From: Octopus vulgaris
Taxonomy: Eukaryota
NCBI GenBank assembly: GCA_951406725.2
Contig: OX597817.1
Coordinates: forward strand, 87,812,001 to 87,936,000
Length of the DNA stretch: 124,000 nucleotides
Direction: 5' to 3'
Of this stretch, positions 57,655 to 71,936 are shown piece after piece (position 1 is the stretch's first letter; each line of letters opens with the position of its first letter). The notes below the pieces were generated by a model that saw nothing but the letters and a program-made list of their open reading frames with translations, did not search any database and was not told where the DNA came from. The translations under genes and the position numbers were made by a program.

Positions 57655-57840
57655 CTACTTGCAATTGTGTTAACTGCACTTGCAGTACATCGCAGCTGTT
57701 AGCTGCACTTGCAATAGGATGCAGCTGTTACTTTAACTTGCAATAAGACGCAGCTGTTAGTTGAACTTGCAGTAGGATGTGGCTGTTAGGTGAATATACA
57801 GTAGATTACAGTTGTTAGTAGAACTTGCAATAGATTGTCA
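57655..57840. repeat. About 29-bp minisatellite (aacttgcaataggatgcagctgttagttg-like)
   Basis: About six degenerate tandem units. Confidence 0.75.
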
Positions 57841-58291
57841 GTATTGATAAACATGGGAACAACCTTATAATTGTTAGAGAATATCTCAAAGAGCAGAAAA
57901 AAACTCCTGCATCTAAATATACAAGTTCAAGACAATGGGAGAGTCTGTACGTAGTTGTGTAACCAGCTAGAAATAGCAGCCAAATCTCTCCCAAATAACA
58001 CTCTACTGTTTTAGTAAAAGGAAGAAAAAATTGAGTGCTGTTACAAGTTACACTGTATCTGGAAATAAGACATGATGGTCAAGGCTAGAGTGCCTTTGAT
58101 CATAGATGTGGTCAGTCACTGCTGACTTGGAGTTAAATAAGAATAACAGCAATGACAATCATAAAGCAAACTGAAATAGCTCTAAATACTTGTTCATTAA
58201 TTTGTTTATAAGTTGAAACATTATAAACAAAAAAGTAATGTAATTTGTGTTTTATGTCACATGAAGTCATCAGTTCTGTTTTGTATTGTAG

Positions 58292-58434
58292 AGTTAGTTG
58301 ATCCAGCCCAGCTTGCCACAAACATCTTCAGGAACCTTGCCAGCAAAGAGGATGCCTGTGCTGCATGTCTCTGTAAAAATGCCGTTACAGAAAGACTTAT
58401 CTCACCAATATCCCAGTGGCTCATTTACTACAAG
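58292..58434 (+). CDS. TBC1D32: TBC1D32 exon (ELVDPAQLATNIFRNLASKEDACAACLCKNAVTERLISPISQWLIYYK), phase 1 to 0
   Basis: tattgtag acceptor, gtatta donor; resembles [38 protein letters not shown]. Confidence 0.92.
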
Positions 58435-61085
58435 GTATTACACAGATTAGTCAAGATGAATTGATTAAAGCTTAAAGTAAAACTAATAGGATTATTTTAC
58501 CCAAGAAACAGCTCTAGTCTTCATGGAATTAGTCTTTTTGGAATCATTTATTACTGCAAAAACTTTATGAAATACTTATTTGAGTGGATTTGTTAGTAAA
58601 TCTTACATCAATGTAATCTTTCTTCCATTTGACTTGTATGCTTGTACTGTACAGTCATTTGAATTGTTTAAATGTATGGATACATTTAGGATTTACCTAT
58701 GGAGAAAATATATTTAATCCTTGTTTGAGCAGATTAAAGAGAGATCCTTAGTCAAATTTGTTTTGTTTGACTTTTACCTTAAATAATTCAGTTTGGTAAT
58801 ATGGCGAGTGTACAACCACTGACAGGTCTCATGTTAACTGCCAAATGCAGTTTAGATGTCCTAAGATAAGACTAGTTGTAATTTTTAAGTTTATTCTGTT
58901 ATTAGTATATTTTGTAATGGAAAAGGGGGCAAAGTGGCAGAATCATTAGCATGATGGGGAAAATGCTTATTGGCATTTCATTCATTGCTACGTTCTGAGT
59001 TCAAATTCTCTACAGTTGACTTTGCCTTTCACCCTTTCAGGGCCAATAATATAAGTACCAGTTAAGCACTGGGTTCAATGTAATTGTCTTGCCTCCTCTC
59101 TTCCAAAATTGCTGGCCTTATGCCAAAATTTGAAGCCAATATTGTAGTTTTGATTAAGGTGGTGAGCTGGCAGAATGATTAGCACACCAGGCAAAATGCT
59201 TAATGGTATTTTGTCCCTCTTTATGTACTGAGTTCAAATTCCACCAAGGTTGACTTTGCCTTTCATCCTTTCAGGGCTGATAAAATAAGTACTAGCTGAT
59301 CACTGGGGTGATCAACTTACATCCTCCCTCAAAACTGTTGGCCTTGTGCCAAAATTTGAAGCCGATATATTTTGTAATAGTTCAGGATTATGGATTAGGT
59401 TGACTTTATTATCTCTCACAGACATCTAAGGAACATTAATAGAAAATTTAGAGATATAGATAATATTCAATTAAAATTAAATGATAATTTAATTTTTAAA
59501 TTGTTAATTATATTTATGTAGTTGGAAATTGTGTTTAGAGATAGTGTGGTGCAAATCTCAATCCAAGCTACTACACTGTAATAAATGAAGTCAATTCTAC
59601 TGATAAGAACAAGATGTGTGAAAGAAACCATAACATTTGATGTATTTAGAAGCTACATTTGCAATACTGTCCAAAACTCATTGTATATACATAAATTGTG
59701 CATAAATACCAACATAACTACAACTAGAAATTTATTTCAGAATACAATAAACCAGGTAGATAACATTGCTTAAGACGATTTTTGTCCTTGGTAAGCAACT
59801 GTTATTTCCTATTTGCTTTCCTCTAGATAGTATGAAAAATGGCTAATATTTCCTTCAAACTTTGCTTTTGTTACATTTATTCAAACCCCAAAGAATCCTC
59901 CTCAACATATGGTTATGATGCTCTCCCACTAATCCTACTCATTTCATGATCAGCGATGTACATACTGTCAGCCACTATGGGACATGCTCAAGTGGTTAAG
60001 ATCAAGCAAATCTGTGGTATTGCACACAATATTTTTTATAATGATATTTCTGCTTCAGCAACTCAGTACTGAATCTGTCTGAAATGTAATGGAAAATAGG
60101 TCAATTTCAAAACATTGATGTCCAGGTCACAAATGCAAAGTTTGAAGGGAATAGTTATTTCCCTTGATTTCTAGATAAAAGCAAATGGGAAACGACACTG
60201 ATCAAAAACAAAAAAAAATTAATTTTTTACACAGTGTAATAGAACGGTGTGAGACCAACTAAGAGACAGGGACTTCTAGAGTTACTTACTGTATTAAAGT
60301 ACTGTAAATGAGCATAAGTTTTGTGTTTTTTTAATATTTTACTTGTTTTGGGTAATGGTTGATCAAATTCAGACACAAATCTAACTACTTCCATTATAGC
60401 AGCCACTCAAACATAAAACAATTGATATGTTGTTTGACTGAAGAGTTGAAACCCAAATGAATCCTAATCAAGCAGATCAAAAGTATTCCAGTCATGACTA
60501 ACACTGCTTTGTTACCAAGCATTAGACCACATTATCATACATGACCATCTTCTTTTCTTCTTTTTAAGGTGTACTTTAATGAAGATTTGCTTGCTCTTTC
60601 TAGCAAGTCAGGCAACCACATAGAAGACCTTTCAGGCCTATCAACCAAACAGTAGATTCAGCATGTTAAACCAACAAAGGAACATCTATATAATTGTTTG
60701 ACTTATTCAATATACTAAATAAACCTCTTTACAATCTTGATGGCTACAACACTGATTTAATCTCATTGTGAACTTGCATCAAACTGAGACACCCAATATC
60801 TTACATCTCCATATCTAAGCAACTGATTACTTTCTTCATGTCATTGTTATATTCAAATACATTGACTGTAGCTCTGCAACACCATCTCCAGAAATTAGAG
60901 AGATATATCTTGCCAATATATATGGCAAAGTTTCAATTTATAGCTCTTTGGGCCAGTTCAAAAACCATACATCCACCACTGCTCTTAATTATAGAAAAGA
61001 AACCATATGAAAACAGAGGATAATGATAAATGAATGAAGATGGATGCATTCTTTGCAGTTCTATATATTTTTCTATCTTCTACAG

Positions 61086-61222
61086 GCCAATAATCAACCT
61101 CAAGATATTAATGAAGTTACAGTGGTACAAACAGCAAATATACTCTGCGAAATGACTTTGACTTCCTGTGGAAGGAAACATCTTTTATATGGAGAAGATC
61201 AAGATCTGACAATAAAGTCAAG
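61086..61222 (+). CDS. TBC1D32: TBC1D32 exon (ANNQPQDINEVTVVQTANILCEMTLTSCGRKHLLYGEDQDLTIKS), phase 0 to 2
   Basis: cttctacag acceptor, gtgaat donor; resembles [28 protein letters not shown]. Confidence 0.92.
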
Positions 61223-62249
61223 GTGAATTAATTTTTTCTATGTAAATGCCATGTTTTGTCATAGCACTGCCATCATTTTCACTATTATAAAAGCTATAAT
61301 ATATTATATTTATGCAATAGAATATTTCATACAAACTATTGGGCAAGAGTAATATGTGAAGGTGTGTGGCATAGTAGTTAGACTTGTGATCACAAGATTG
61401 CGGTTTCAATTCTCAGGCTTGGTAGTGCATTGTGTCTTTGAGCAAAACACTTCATTTCATGTTTTTCCAGTCCACTCAGCTGTAAATGAGTAACCTTGCA
61501 GCTGTTAATGATCTCAGTCACTTGTACCCTCATAGAAACTGGGTAACCAGCACTGTGAGTCCTGGGGGTTCATATCAGTAAAAAAAAAAAATTGATTACA
61601 GGAAATTTCACTGCCATTAATTCACCTGAAGAAAGTTCACCACAAGGAAAGTTTACTGAGAAAATATATCCATAGTATCTTACCTTTAATAGTTAAAAAC
61701 TATTTTATTTTTATAAAAATGGTGATTTGATGATGGTGAATTTACCTGACATGAAAAATTTAGGGATATAGTTGTTTCTTTTTATTGTTTCTTTACTTGT
61801 ACAACTGATCATGTGAAGGTATGTGACATAGTGGTCAGGACTGAAGCACCCAGCACATTCTGAAAAATGGTTGATATTAGGAAGGGCAACCAGCTGTAGA
61901 AACTAAGCCAAATCAGACTGGAATTTGGTGCAACTCACCTGCTTGCCAGCTCTGGTCAAATCATCCAACCCATGGTCTGGCATGGAAAATGGATGTTGAA
62001 TAAGTTCAATTCCTTTACTGGGTAATACTCAACTGAAAATAAGTACTGGTCAAACTACTGCTGTGCTCAGTCTGTCATGGGTGTCTGCTCTTGTCTCTTC
62101 AGTACTGGCTGTAAAGCCACTACTGTGAAAATTGGAGGCATTGGGAGGCAGCCCATGTGAACTAAGATGTTGAAGAATCATGTCAGCATATGCAGATGAC
62201 ATCACTGTCATATTGTTGAACACCAGACACATAGATCTGGTCAGCAATG

Positions 62250-63560
62250 CTCTAGAAGGATATGAGGTTGTGACAGGAGCAAAAATTAACCATGAAAAGT
62301 TAGTGTGCCTACAGCTCGGTCATCTGAAACCATCATAGGTTGCTGGATGAAGGGACCCATTAAATTGCACAGGGTCTGGTTTGGTTCAGATCTCCAGGTG
62401 GAGAAGAACTGGGATGAGGTGACAAGCAGGGTGGCCAATCTCATGCATAAATGAGCCAAGAGAAAGCTGTCCTGAAACGTTGGGCAGAGGGGCAAATGCT
62501 TACATCATTGCCATTATATATTATTGTCTGACTGTTATGCTTTGCCCCAGTCTACATCTGACCAAACTGGAGTGCTAACCCTTCTACTTTCTGTAGAATG
62601 GACGTGTTCCACTGGTTAGGCACTCCATTTGCTGTCAACACTCACTGAATGGAAAGCTAGGTTTTCCATGGCTGCTAAGTGCAGACATGTGCTGAGGTTA
62701 CGACATCTCCAGTACTTCCATGTTAGTAAGAAGGTATGGTCACCATTTGTCGGACAGGGTTTTACACAGCTCATTTCTTTGACTGAACTGTAGCCCTGGA
62801 TCAAGCATAGACCAAGGCAGAGTGCCTGGCACCTAGAGTGTCATCAGGCACTCACAGTCCTCTATCAATCGGGCAATGTGGTCAATGGAATTTCAACAAT
62901 GGTATTCTGTAGAGGGTTAGTGGTGGGCAAGTGCAAGTGCAACAAAGTTCTCAGGGAGACTCTAGACATCAACAGGAATCACCTAGGTGGACTGTTCTGG
63001 AGGACTTTCAGGCTGAGATCTATGGATAATTTCCAGAAATTTATAGCCTGACAGTAGTACTGGGGGACATTGCTAGTGTAGGCATGGAAGTGCCATCAAT
63101 CAAGCTTGCCTAAGGTGCATACAGAGTGATGAAACTGATCTGTGTGCTCTTGTCCAGTGCCTGGGCATTGCTGACTTGTGGGTTTATGTCAAACACCTGC
63201 CTTTATGTGCAGAGCAGATCCAGTTATTGGCTGAGTTCATTGTGAAGATTGTCTTGCTACTTCCTTTGGCCAGGATAGACTGGCAGCATTTCTTTGCCTG
63301 ATGGTCTGAGCAAAAGAGGTTGTGTGGTGGACAGATTGAAAGAGCTGAAGAAAAATACTTTCTTCTTTGGCCAAGCCCCCATCAACTGCTTTCAGTTTCA
63401 TTTGAAAAGGAAAGTAAGGGCAGAGAGGAAAGTACTGCTTCCCAGCAATTTTGTTTAAAGGTGGGTGAACATTGCAAGAATGGTCTGAGTGAATGGGCCT
63501 ACCCTATGCATGCACTTGTAGGTTGAAGGAGAACAATGTGGTGAGGGCACTTGCCCAAGT
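62250..63560 (+). mobile_element. Decayed Tx1/L1-group LINE ORF2 C-terminal fragment
   Basis: GAKINHEKLVCLQLG, GPIKLHRVWFGSDLQVEKNWDEV and RKLS motifs typical of Tx1-like RT C-termini. Confidence 0.7.
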
Positions 63561-66500
63561 GGTCAGGGTAACCATGGTTTTGTGAGTGGATTTTGTAGAT
63601 GGAAACTGAAAGAAGCCCATCATTATACATATATGTATATAGGTTAAATAAAATGAAACAACAAAGCCAAAGCAGTGTGAAATTTCTAGGACATTTTATA
63701 TGTATGTATTTGTGTCTGTGTTTGTCCTCCCACCATCGCTTGACAACTGATGTTGGTGTTTATGTCCCCATAACTTAGCAGTTCGGTAAAAGCGTCCAAT
63801 AGAATAAATACTAGGATTACAAAGAATAAGTCCTGGGGCCAGTTTGTCCAACTAAAGGCAATGCTCCAGCACTGTGCCTATAATAATAGGCACAGATGTG
63901 GCTGTGTGGTAAGAAGCTTGCTTCCCAACTACATTGTTCCAGGTTCAGTCTCCCTGCGTGACACCTTGGGCAAGTGTCTTCTACTATAGATTTGGGCTGA
64001 CCAAAGCCTTGTGAGTGGATCTGCTTGACAGAAACTGAAAGAAGCCCATGTGTATGTCTTTTTGTTTGTGTTTGTTCCCTACTACTGTTTGACAACCAGT
64101 GTTGGTGTGTTTACGTTCCCGTAACTTAGCAGTTCAGCAAAGAGGATTAATAGAATAAGTACTGGGGTTGATTCATTTGACTAAAAATTCTTTGAAGTGG
64201 TGCCCCAGCATGACCACAGCCTAATGACTGAAACAAGTAAAAGAAGCTTGCTTCCCAACCACATGGTCCCAGCTTCATTTCCACCGTGTGGAACCTTGGA
64301 CAAGAGTCTTCTACTATAGCTTCAGGCCGACCAAAGCCTTGTCTGTGGATTTGGTAGACAGAAAGTGAAAGAAGCCCATCATATATATATATATTTATGT
64401 GTGTGTGTCTGTCTGTCCACCTACCATTGCTTGACAACTGATGTTGGTGTGTTTACATCCCCATAACTTAATGGTTCGGCAAAAGGGACTGATAGAATAA
64501 GTACTAGGCTTGTAAAGATCAAGTCCTGGGGTTGATTTCTTCAACTAAAAATCCCTTTAAGGCAGTGTTCCAGCATGGCTGCAGTCAAATGAATGAAACA
64601 AGTAAAAGAATAAGCTCCTAATAATATTACAAAAATATAATAGGATTTTTTAAATATTGAACAATTTTGAGGGCCCACCCAAGTAAAATTGGAATCAAAA
64701 GGGGTCTATACTTAAAAAATGGTCGAGAACTGGTGGTTTAGTTGAAGTAGCTTGATCAGAGTAACGGAGACCAAGGTAGTTATAGCAGAGACAGAATAGA
64801 AAACAGTGCTTCAGTAGGCAGCAGACAGTTGGTCTGTCTTTAATGTAATGTTCATGTTTACGTCATTACTCACTGTCACATGTTTCAATAATAGTATACC
64901 TGTTTTGTAAACCATCAACAATAATTTAGATTTCTTGTATTCTCTAATTCTAAACAGGAAACTCAAACTTTGTTATGTAGTTTTGACTATTTTATATGTG
65001 CTCCCCATAAATGATCATAGCATTTATAGAGAATATGATATCTTAAGTAGTTGTAGTAATCTTAGTCATGGCCAATGCTGGTGTCAAATAACTGGTACCC
65101 AAGTCAGTAGCCTGTAAAAAACACCTTTCGAGTGTTGAGCTTCATGGAGGCAATGACAAATGACTGAGACTTTTGGCATTATTCTGTGCTTGTGAAGAAG
65201 ACCCATCAAGCCAAGTGAAATTGTAGTCGTAGCAAATACTGGTGTCATGTAAATAGCACCTATGCTGGTGGCACATAAAAGCACCCATTGCACGCTCAAA
65301 GTGGTTGGCATTAAGAAGGGTATCCAGCCATGGAAGCCATGCCAAATCAGACTAGAGTCTGGTTGAGCCTTCCAGCTTGTTAACCCTGGTCAAACCATCC
65401 AACCCATGGACAATGGACATTAAATGATGATAATGATATTTATACATAACAGCCTGCTTCATTCAGTTTCTCCCTACCAAATCCACTCACAAGGCTTTGG
65501 CTGGCCTGAGGCTATAGTAGAACACACTTGCCCAAAGTGCCACACAGTGGGACTGAACCCAGAACCATGTGGTTGGGAAGCAAGCTTCTTACCACACAGC
65601 CACACCTGCACCTATGCTTTTGTTGTCATTTCCCCACAATAATATATCAAGTCAATAATAGAGAGAAGGAAAAGTGTGGGAAACATAAACCGTGTGCTGC
65701 ACCAGAATGTAATAGAATAAACCCTGAGAAAACCCTGACATCAAATACTGTGACAGATTGACCTGGCAGTGCTCGAGGATGACCGAATGTTGTTGATTTA
65801 AGTCCTTTCAAAAGTTAAGAAGAGAAGAGCAATTATTAATTTCCTGTATTTATTGTATTCAATAACATTGGTATACAGTCAACATTTTATTAAAATCTCA
65901 AAATATCATATTAATTATCTCAATTCAAATTGACCTTTAGTCTGTCTTCATGAACCAAAATAAATAATAAATGACTTTGATTGGAATAATTAAAACTTTG
66001 TACTACAATATATTTTCAAAACACATGAATATTGATTTCTCTCATAGAAATAAAGTGATAGATTTGGGGAAGACTGTACATAACTGATCAACCCCAGTAC
66101 TTTTTTTTAAAAGCCTGGTACTTATTCTATCAGTCTGTTTTGCTGAACTGGTAGGGTTACAGAGCCATAAACATACCAACATTGGTTGTCAAGTAGTCGT
66201 GGGGGACAAACACAAAGAGACACACACACATTTATATATATATACACACATACACATTAATATGTGCAAGTATGGCCCCACCACTACTTGATAACCAGTG
66301 TTGGTATGTTTACAGCCCTGTAAATAGAAACATATATATTTTTATATATGATGGACTTCTTTCAGTCTACATCTGCCAAATCCATTCAGCAGGCTTTGCT
66401 CAGCCCAAGGCTATAGTAGAAGATATTTGTCCAAGGTGCCATACTGTGGGACTGAACCTGGAATCATATGGTTTCAAATCAATCTTCTTTCCATACAGTC

Positions 66501-68372
66501 ATGCCTGGTCTTTATTGTATTGCTCCTAGAAGGACAAAAATCAAAGTTTACCTAGGTAAATGTGAACTCTGGATATAAAGAGATGTAGTTAAATAACACA
66601 GTTATTTTATTCACAATGCCACTGAATTTGTCAACCACTACACTTCCATAGACATAAATATTAAAAAAGATATTATTTGCTTGAAGGAAAATTCTTATGA
66701 AACACAACAATATATTCTTTTTAAATATCTCTAATTAGAGTTAAGAATGATAAATCCATTCTTCAAAAAAATGTTGAAAAAATCAAAAGTAACACTAGTA
66801 ATGCAATGTTTTCAATGATTCCAGCCACATAAAGAATTATATGCAAGGCTGAGACATAAGTGTATTTAAATTACTCTACACACTGCATGAAGGCACATCG
66901 CTCAGTGGTTAGAGCATTGGGCTTACAATAACAAGGTAGTGAGTTTGATTCCCGGACTGGGTTGTGTGTTGTGTTCTTGAGCAAGAGACTTTATTTCACA
67001 TTGCTCCAGTTCACTCAGCTGTAGAAATGAGTTGCGACATCACTGGTGCCAAGTTGTATCAGCCTTTGCCATCCCCTTGGATAACATCAGTGGCATAGAG
67101 AAGGAAAGCTGATATTCATGGGTGATTGCTAGTCTTCCATAAACATCTGGCTCAGACTTGAGCCTCAGAGGGGAACATTCTAGGTGCAATTCTATGTTCA
67201 TTCATGACCGAAGGGAATCTTTTACTTTTACACACTGCCATATGAATTATGGCCAGATATTCTGTAAAAATTTATACCTAGCAAGAAGCACCAATTAATA
67301 ATACTAATGTGTGTTCAGGTGCACAAGAAACAGTTTCTTTTTATAGGAATAGCTGTGCATTCAGTGCAAAGAAACTTACAGTTTAGTGACTTATTTCATT
67401 ATATATTTAGTGGCAGAGGAAACACATCTTCATTGGCATATACACTACTTAGCTCTTATTAACCTTTGACCTTGTGCTGTTTCATTGATAGACGAATGAT
67501 TATGGGAATGAGAAAAATCAATTTAAATTCTAATCTGCAAAGACCAAGTTCACTTCACTAGGGAGTAGTCTTAATATCTTAAACATTACACTTTCTTCAA
67601 TTTTCATAACTTTCACCCCTTTGCATTCAAACCATGCCTAGCCCAGCCCAAATATTCTACCAGTTTTATGTTCAAATTGGCCAAATCTAGCTTTTCACAC
67701 CTACCCTACAATGTCGTGCTAAAAATGAATAGGGATATTATTTAAATTTCAAAGCTACAGAACAATGCACGATTAATTCAAAATGTAAATAAATATGCAT
67801 TACATACATTCCACAAAAGAAAGAAATGTCACAAAAGAACGAAATATCACAATTCTTCCTTATTTACAGTTATTTGACTTCCAATCTGTCACAGGCTTCG
67901 TCTTTTCAATGTCTGCTGTTCTACTGCTACTTTAATAGTTACTGTTTCCTCAAACTCATCTGCTTCCCACCACTTACACTCAAAGCTACTTCTGCTTCTC
68001 ACTCTTCACATCCTGCATCTTTTCCCTATTAAATATTTTGTACAATATTTTTCTTAGCATGTCCAGCTATTTTACCAGCAACTAGTAATTTTCATAATTA
68101 CATGAATCGCATCTCTTTATAATTCATTTTGTCTAACCTTTGTTTCAACTCTAGGTTTTCTTCTCACCTCCAATTTAACTGTTCATCTGATAATCACCTT
68201 CCACTTATGCAGTTATCGACTCTACATCTCTAACTCTGTGGCTTCATGCAATGCTAACCTCTCCCAGAACAAGAGCTGTTCTTGAATATCTCATTGTTAT
68301 TTGGCAGGGAGCATTGATGATTGATGACTGTGAGAGAAATAATCTCATCATTCATACCTCTCTCTCTCTCTC

Positions 68373-68424
<52 letters not shown>

Positions 68425-68519
68425 CATACATATACACATAAACACACACATACAAACATACATACGTACGTACATACATACATACATACATACAGACAGA
68501 CAGACAGACAGACAGATGT

Positions 68520-68720
68520 TAACATAAAGCTGAAAATCACTAAAAAGGAGAATAAATACGCTGAACTGTTGAGAAATATGCAGTTACTCTATCCAGATTA
68601 CAAGTTCAGGTTTATACATGTAATTATGGGGTACTGGGATATGTAACACACTGTTTAAATATCAATCTTGAGAAATTAGGCTTCTCGAAACGAGAAAGGA
68701 GAAAGTTGATTTGACATCTA
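68520..68720 (+). mobile_element. 3' fragment of an RLE-type LINE
   Basis: KKENKYAELLRNMQLLYPDYKFRFIHVIMG resembles the end of a restriction-like endonuclease domain. Confidence 0.55.
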
Positions 68721-69044
68721 CTGATCCAGTCCATCACTGGAACTGTAAAATTCTGTCAAACTTTCCAGAAGTCTATCATTTAAGTATATATGAGCATGCC
68801 TAGATATGCAAGTATATGCATGAGAAGACTTACATAAAACAAAATGTACGAATCTGCATGTATACATACATACAAAAATCAAAAATCCCCTGTTGTTGAT
68901 GTTGAAATTCCATTGAAGGTGCCTTGGATCTAGGTTAGAAACTGGCTCTTTCTCTATTGACAAGAAATCTTGAAATAAAACTGAATAATGACACACATAC
69001 ATACATATTCATATACATATATATATGTGTGTGTGTGTGTGTGG

Positions 69045-69310
69045 AGGCGCAATGGCCCAGTGGGTAGGGCAGCGAACTCGTGGTCGTAGGATCGCAGTTT
69101 TGATTCCCAGACCGGGCGTTGTGAGTGTTTATTGAGCAAAAACACCTAAAGCTCCATGAGGCTGTACTCTTTCACCACAACTTTCTCTCACTCTTTCTTC
69201 TGTGAGCCTGCTCGCTTAGCCAGTGAGGTGGTGTCATTTGAAGGCTAAAACAATGTGAAGCGCATTATGAACAGCGATGTGTAACAATATCTGGTCGGTC
69301 ACGGTGATCA
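69045..69310 (+). mobile_element. tRNA-derived SINE, second family, internally deleted
   Basis: ggaggcgcaatggcccagtggg...gttttgattccc head; 3' part shared with copies at 45250-45520 and 103310-103430. Confidence 0.7.
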
Positions 69311-69312
69311 CG

Positions 69313-69355
<43 letters not shown>

Positions 69356-71194
69356 GTATATAGGGGAAGAATTCACAAAAAAAAAATACAAAGACAAGTG
69401 GTGTAGACAACAAACAGATGTATTAGTTTAATGCTCGGGAAGTGAGAAAGTCTTTAACATTTCGAGCCTATGCCCTTCCACAGAACGGAACACAGAAAGA
69501 AACAGGGAGGGCAAATAAAGAATGTATAGTGGTTAGCAATCTATCATACATACATATACACACATACATGTAAAGATATATACATTCATACACACACACA
69601 CAAACACATACACACACACGCACATATATATATATATATTGGTTATAAGAGGTAATGGTGTCATTGAGACCCAAAGGAATCTTACATATATACCAATCTG
69701 CCTAAAAAAATGGATCTACAACTTCAATATCCCTACATATCTTACATCTATTTTCTTTCCTCCACCTCACTCTCTATTTTGTATCCTATCTAAACTAACT
69801 ATTACTTAAGGGATATAATTAATAAATATCCTGGAAACAGCTGTAAGACCTTCTATCTATAAATGTTCTAATATCTACACAGCCTTGGTTTTTTTATCTC
69901 ATTATGCAAAAAATTCTTATATATATATATATATATTATATTTATATTCCTGCTAGAAATACAGTTATTTCTCACTCAATCATCTCCTGTATGTTTTACA
70001 TTTCCTCTTTAGCATTCATATTAAATAGATAACTCCACATTATCCAATAGACAATGACTGTCATTATATTTTGTAGCTTATTAAAAAGTGAAATACCTTT
70101 AGCACTCGTTGAGGTAATCATGACTTTCAACATAAATTCATAAATTCTTTAATTGTAACAATAATTAAATGGCTACTAATCAGGCAACCAGCAAGACAAA
70201 TGTCTAATATGAAAAGGAAATGTGTGTATCACTGTTTGATTAGCAGATGTATCAATATTGATTAAAATAGAAATAATATCATTTACTATAATTACAGTCT
70301 TGTAAGTGCATAATTGCATTGATTAATTACCACTCTCATTGCTTCATTGTTAGAAAAATAAGGAACCATGAAATTTTGCAGCTTCTCCAATCTTCAATTC
70401 CTGCTCTTCTTCTATAATTGTACTTTTGTAGAAAATATTTTACACAAACAATGCTTATGTACATGTATCTTTAGAATTTCATTAGCTGCTGTATTCTTTC
70501 AATCCTTATTTATTTTTTTGTTTTTAGGAAAACCTACCTAAGCAAACCAAAATAAATTACATTTTTTCATTCATTCTTTTCTCTAACAAAATTAACCATT
70601 GTGATATTTAATATCATTACAAAATCAGTTTTAAATTCTTTTTTTTTTTCTTTTCTTCTTTGTTGCTTATTCATTAAATTTTCAAAATAGTGTTTGTTGT
70701 CTTTCTCCCCTTCTGCATGATTTTCTGGTTGGTGTTTAGAAAGAAGAAACAAATGCATAATTTTCCACAAAAAGTTATCATTAAAAGAATTTCTGAATTC
70801 TGTCTATCGTTACCAAGGTTTTGTTATTTTCTTCATAAATTTCTTTATTTCTTATAGGAATTCTTTCATTTTCAAATTTGTTTCTTGAGAATTTTTTCCC
70901 CTTCTGTTTCTTATCTTAACTATTTACCTTTTCCTTTGAAAGAACTTGCAAACCATTTATTTTGCTATCATTTCGGTCTGTATTATATAATTTGAGTCAG
71001 TAATGATTCCTTACAAATGATAAATGGTTTAAGTAAATAAAAGGAACTGTATGCTTCTGTGAGGGTTTCAAGTTGGCTTTCAGTTACTTGAGCATTTCAA
71101 ATGATTTAATTGGTGGGAATGAAATAGATACTTTTAGAAAAGATATGCTATCTATGCATAAACACATATATGTGCATACACACATGCTCACACA

Positions 71195-71237
<43 letters not shown>

Positions 71238-71373
71238 TAGATAGATAGATATAATATACACACATACATATACACATATATAATTATATGTATGAGTGTT
71301 TCTTTTCACATACTGTACATATAAATGTATGCATATAAATGTATGCATGCATTTACTGCGTGTGTGTGTATAC

Positions 71374-71414
<41 letters not shown>

Positions 71415-71690
71415 TCTAAATATACATATTACATGTGTGTGTGTGTATATATATATATAATTATATGTATGAGTATTTCAGTTTTATATTTAAGAGATGA
71501 GGAATTATGTACATTATTTACGTTATTTACATTTGACAGATATTTGCGCTCATCTTGTTTGTTGTTAACACAACATTTTGGCTGATATACCCTCCAGCCT
71601 TCAACAGGCATCTTGGGCATGTGGTGTAGTGGTTAAGAGCGTGGGCTACTAACCCCAAGATTCCAAGTTTGATTCCAAGGAGTGACCTGA

Positions 71691-71749
<59 letters not shown>

Positions 71750-71895
71750 GAAATGACAGAAAAATTTAAGGTGGAGTACATTTTGGCTGATATACCCTCC
71801 AGCCTTCATCAGGCGTCTTGGGCATATGGTGTAGTGGTTAAGAGCGTGGGCTACTAATCCCAAGATTCCAAGTTTGATTCCAAGGAGTGACCTGA

Positions 71896-71935
<40 letters not shown>

Positions 71936-71936
<1 letters not shown>

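Noticed and set aside
70050-70400. TAAT-rich stretch resembling a developmental enhancer
   Set aside because: Motif density is expected in AT-rich DNA; cannot be supported without alignment.
71615-71691. Functional tRNA gene
   Set aside because: Anticodon and T stems are poorly paired, the B box is mutated, and it is embedded in a repeat; treated as a SINE head.
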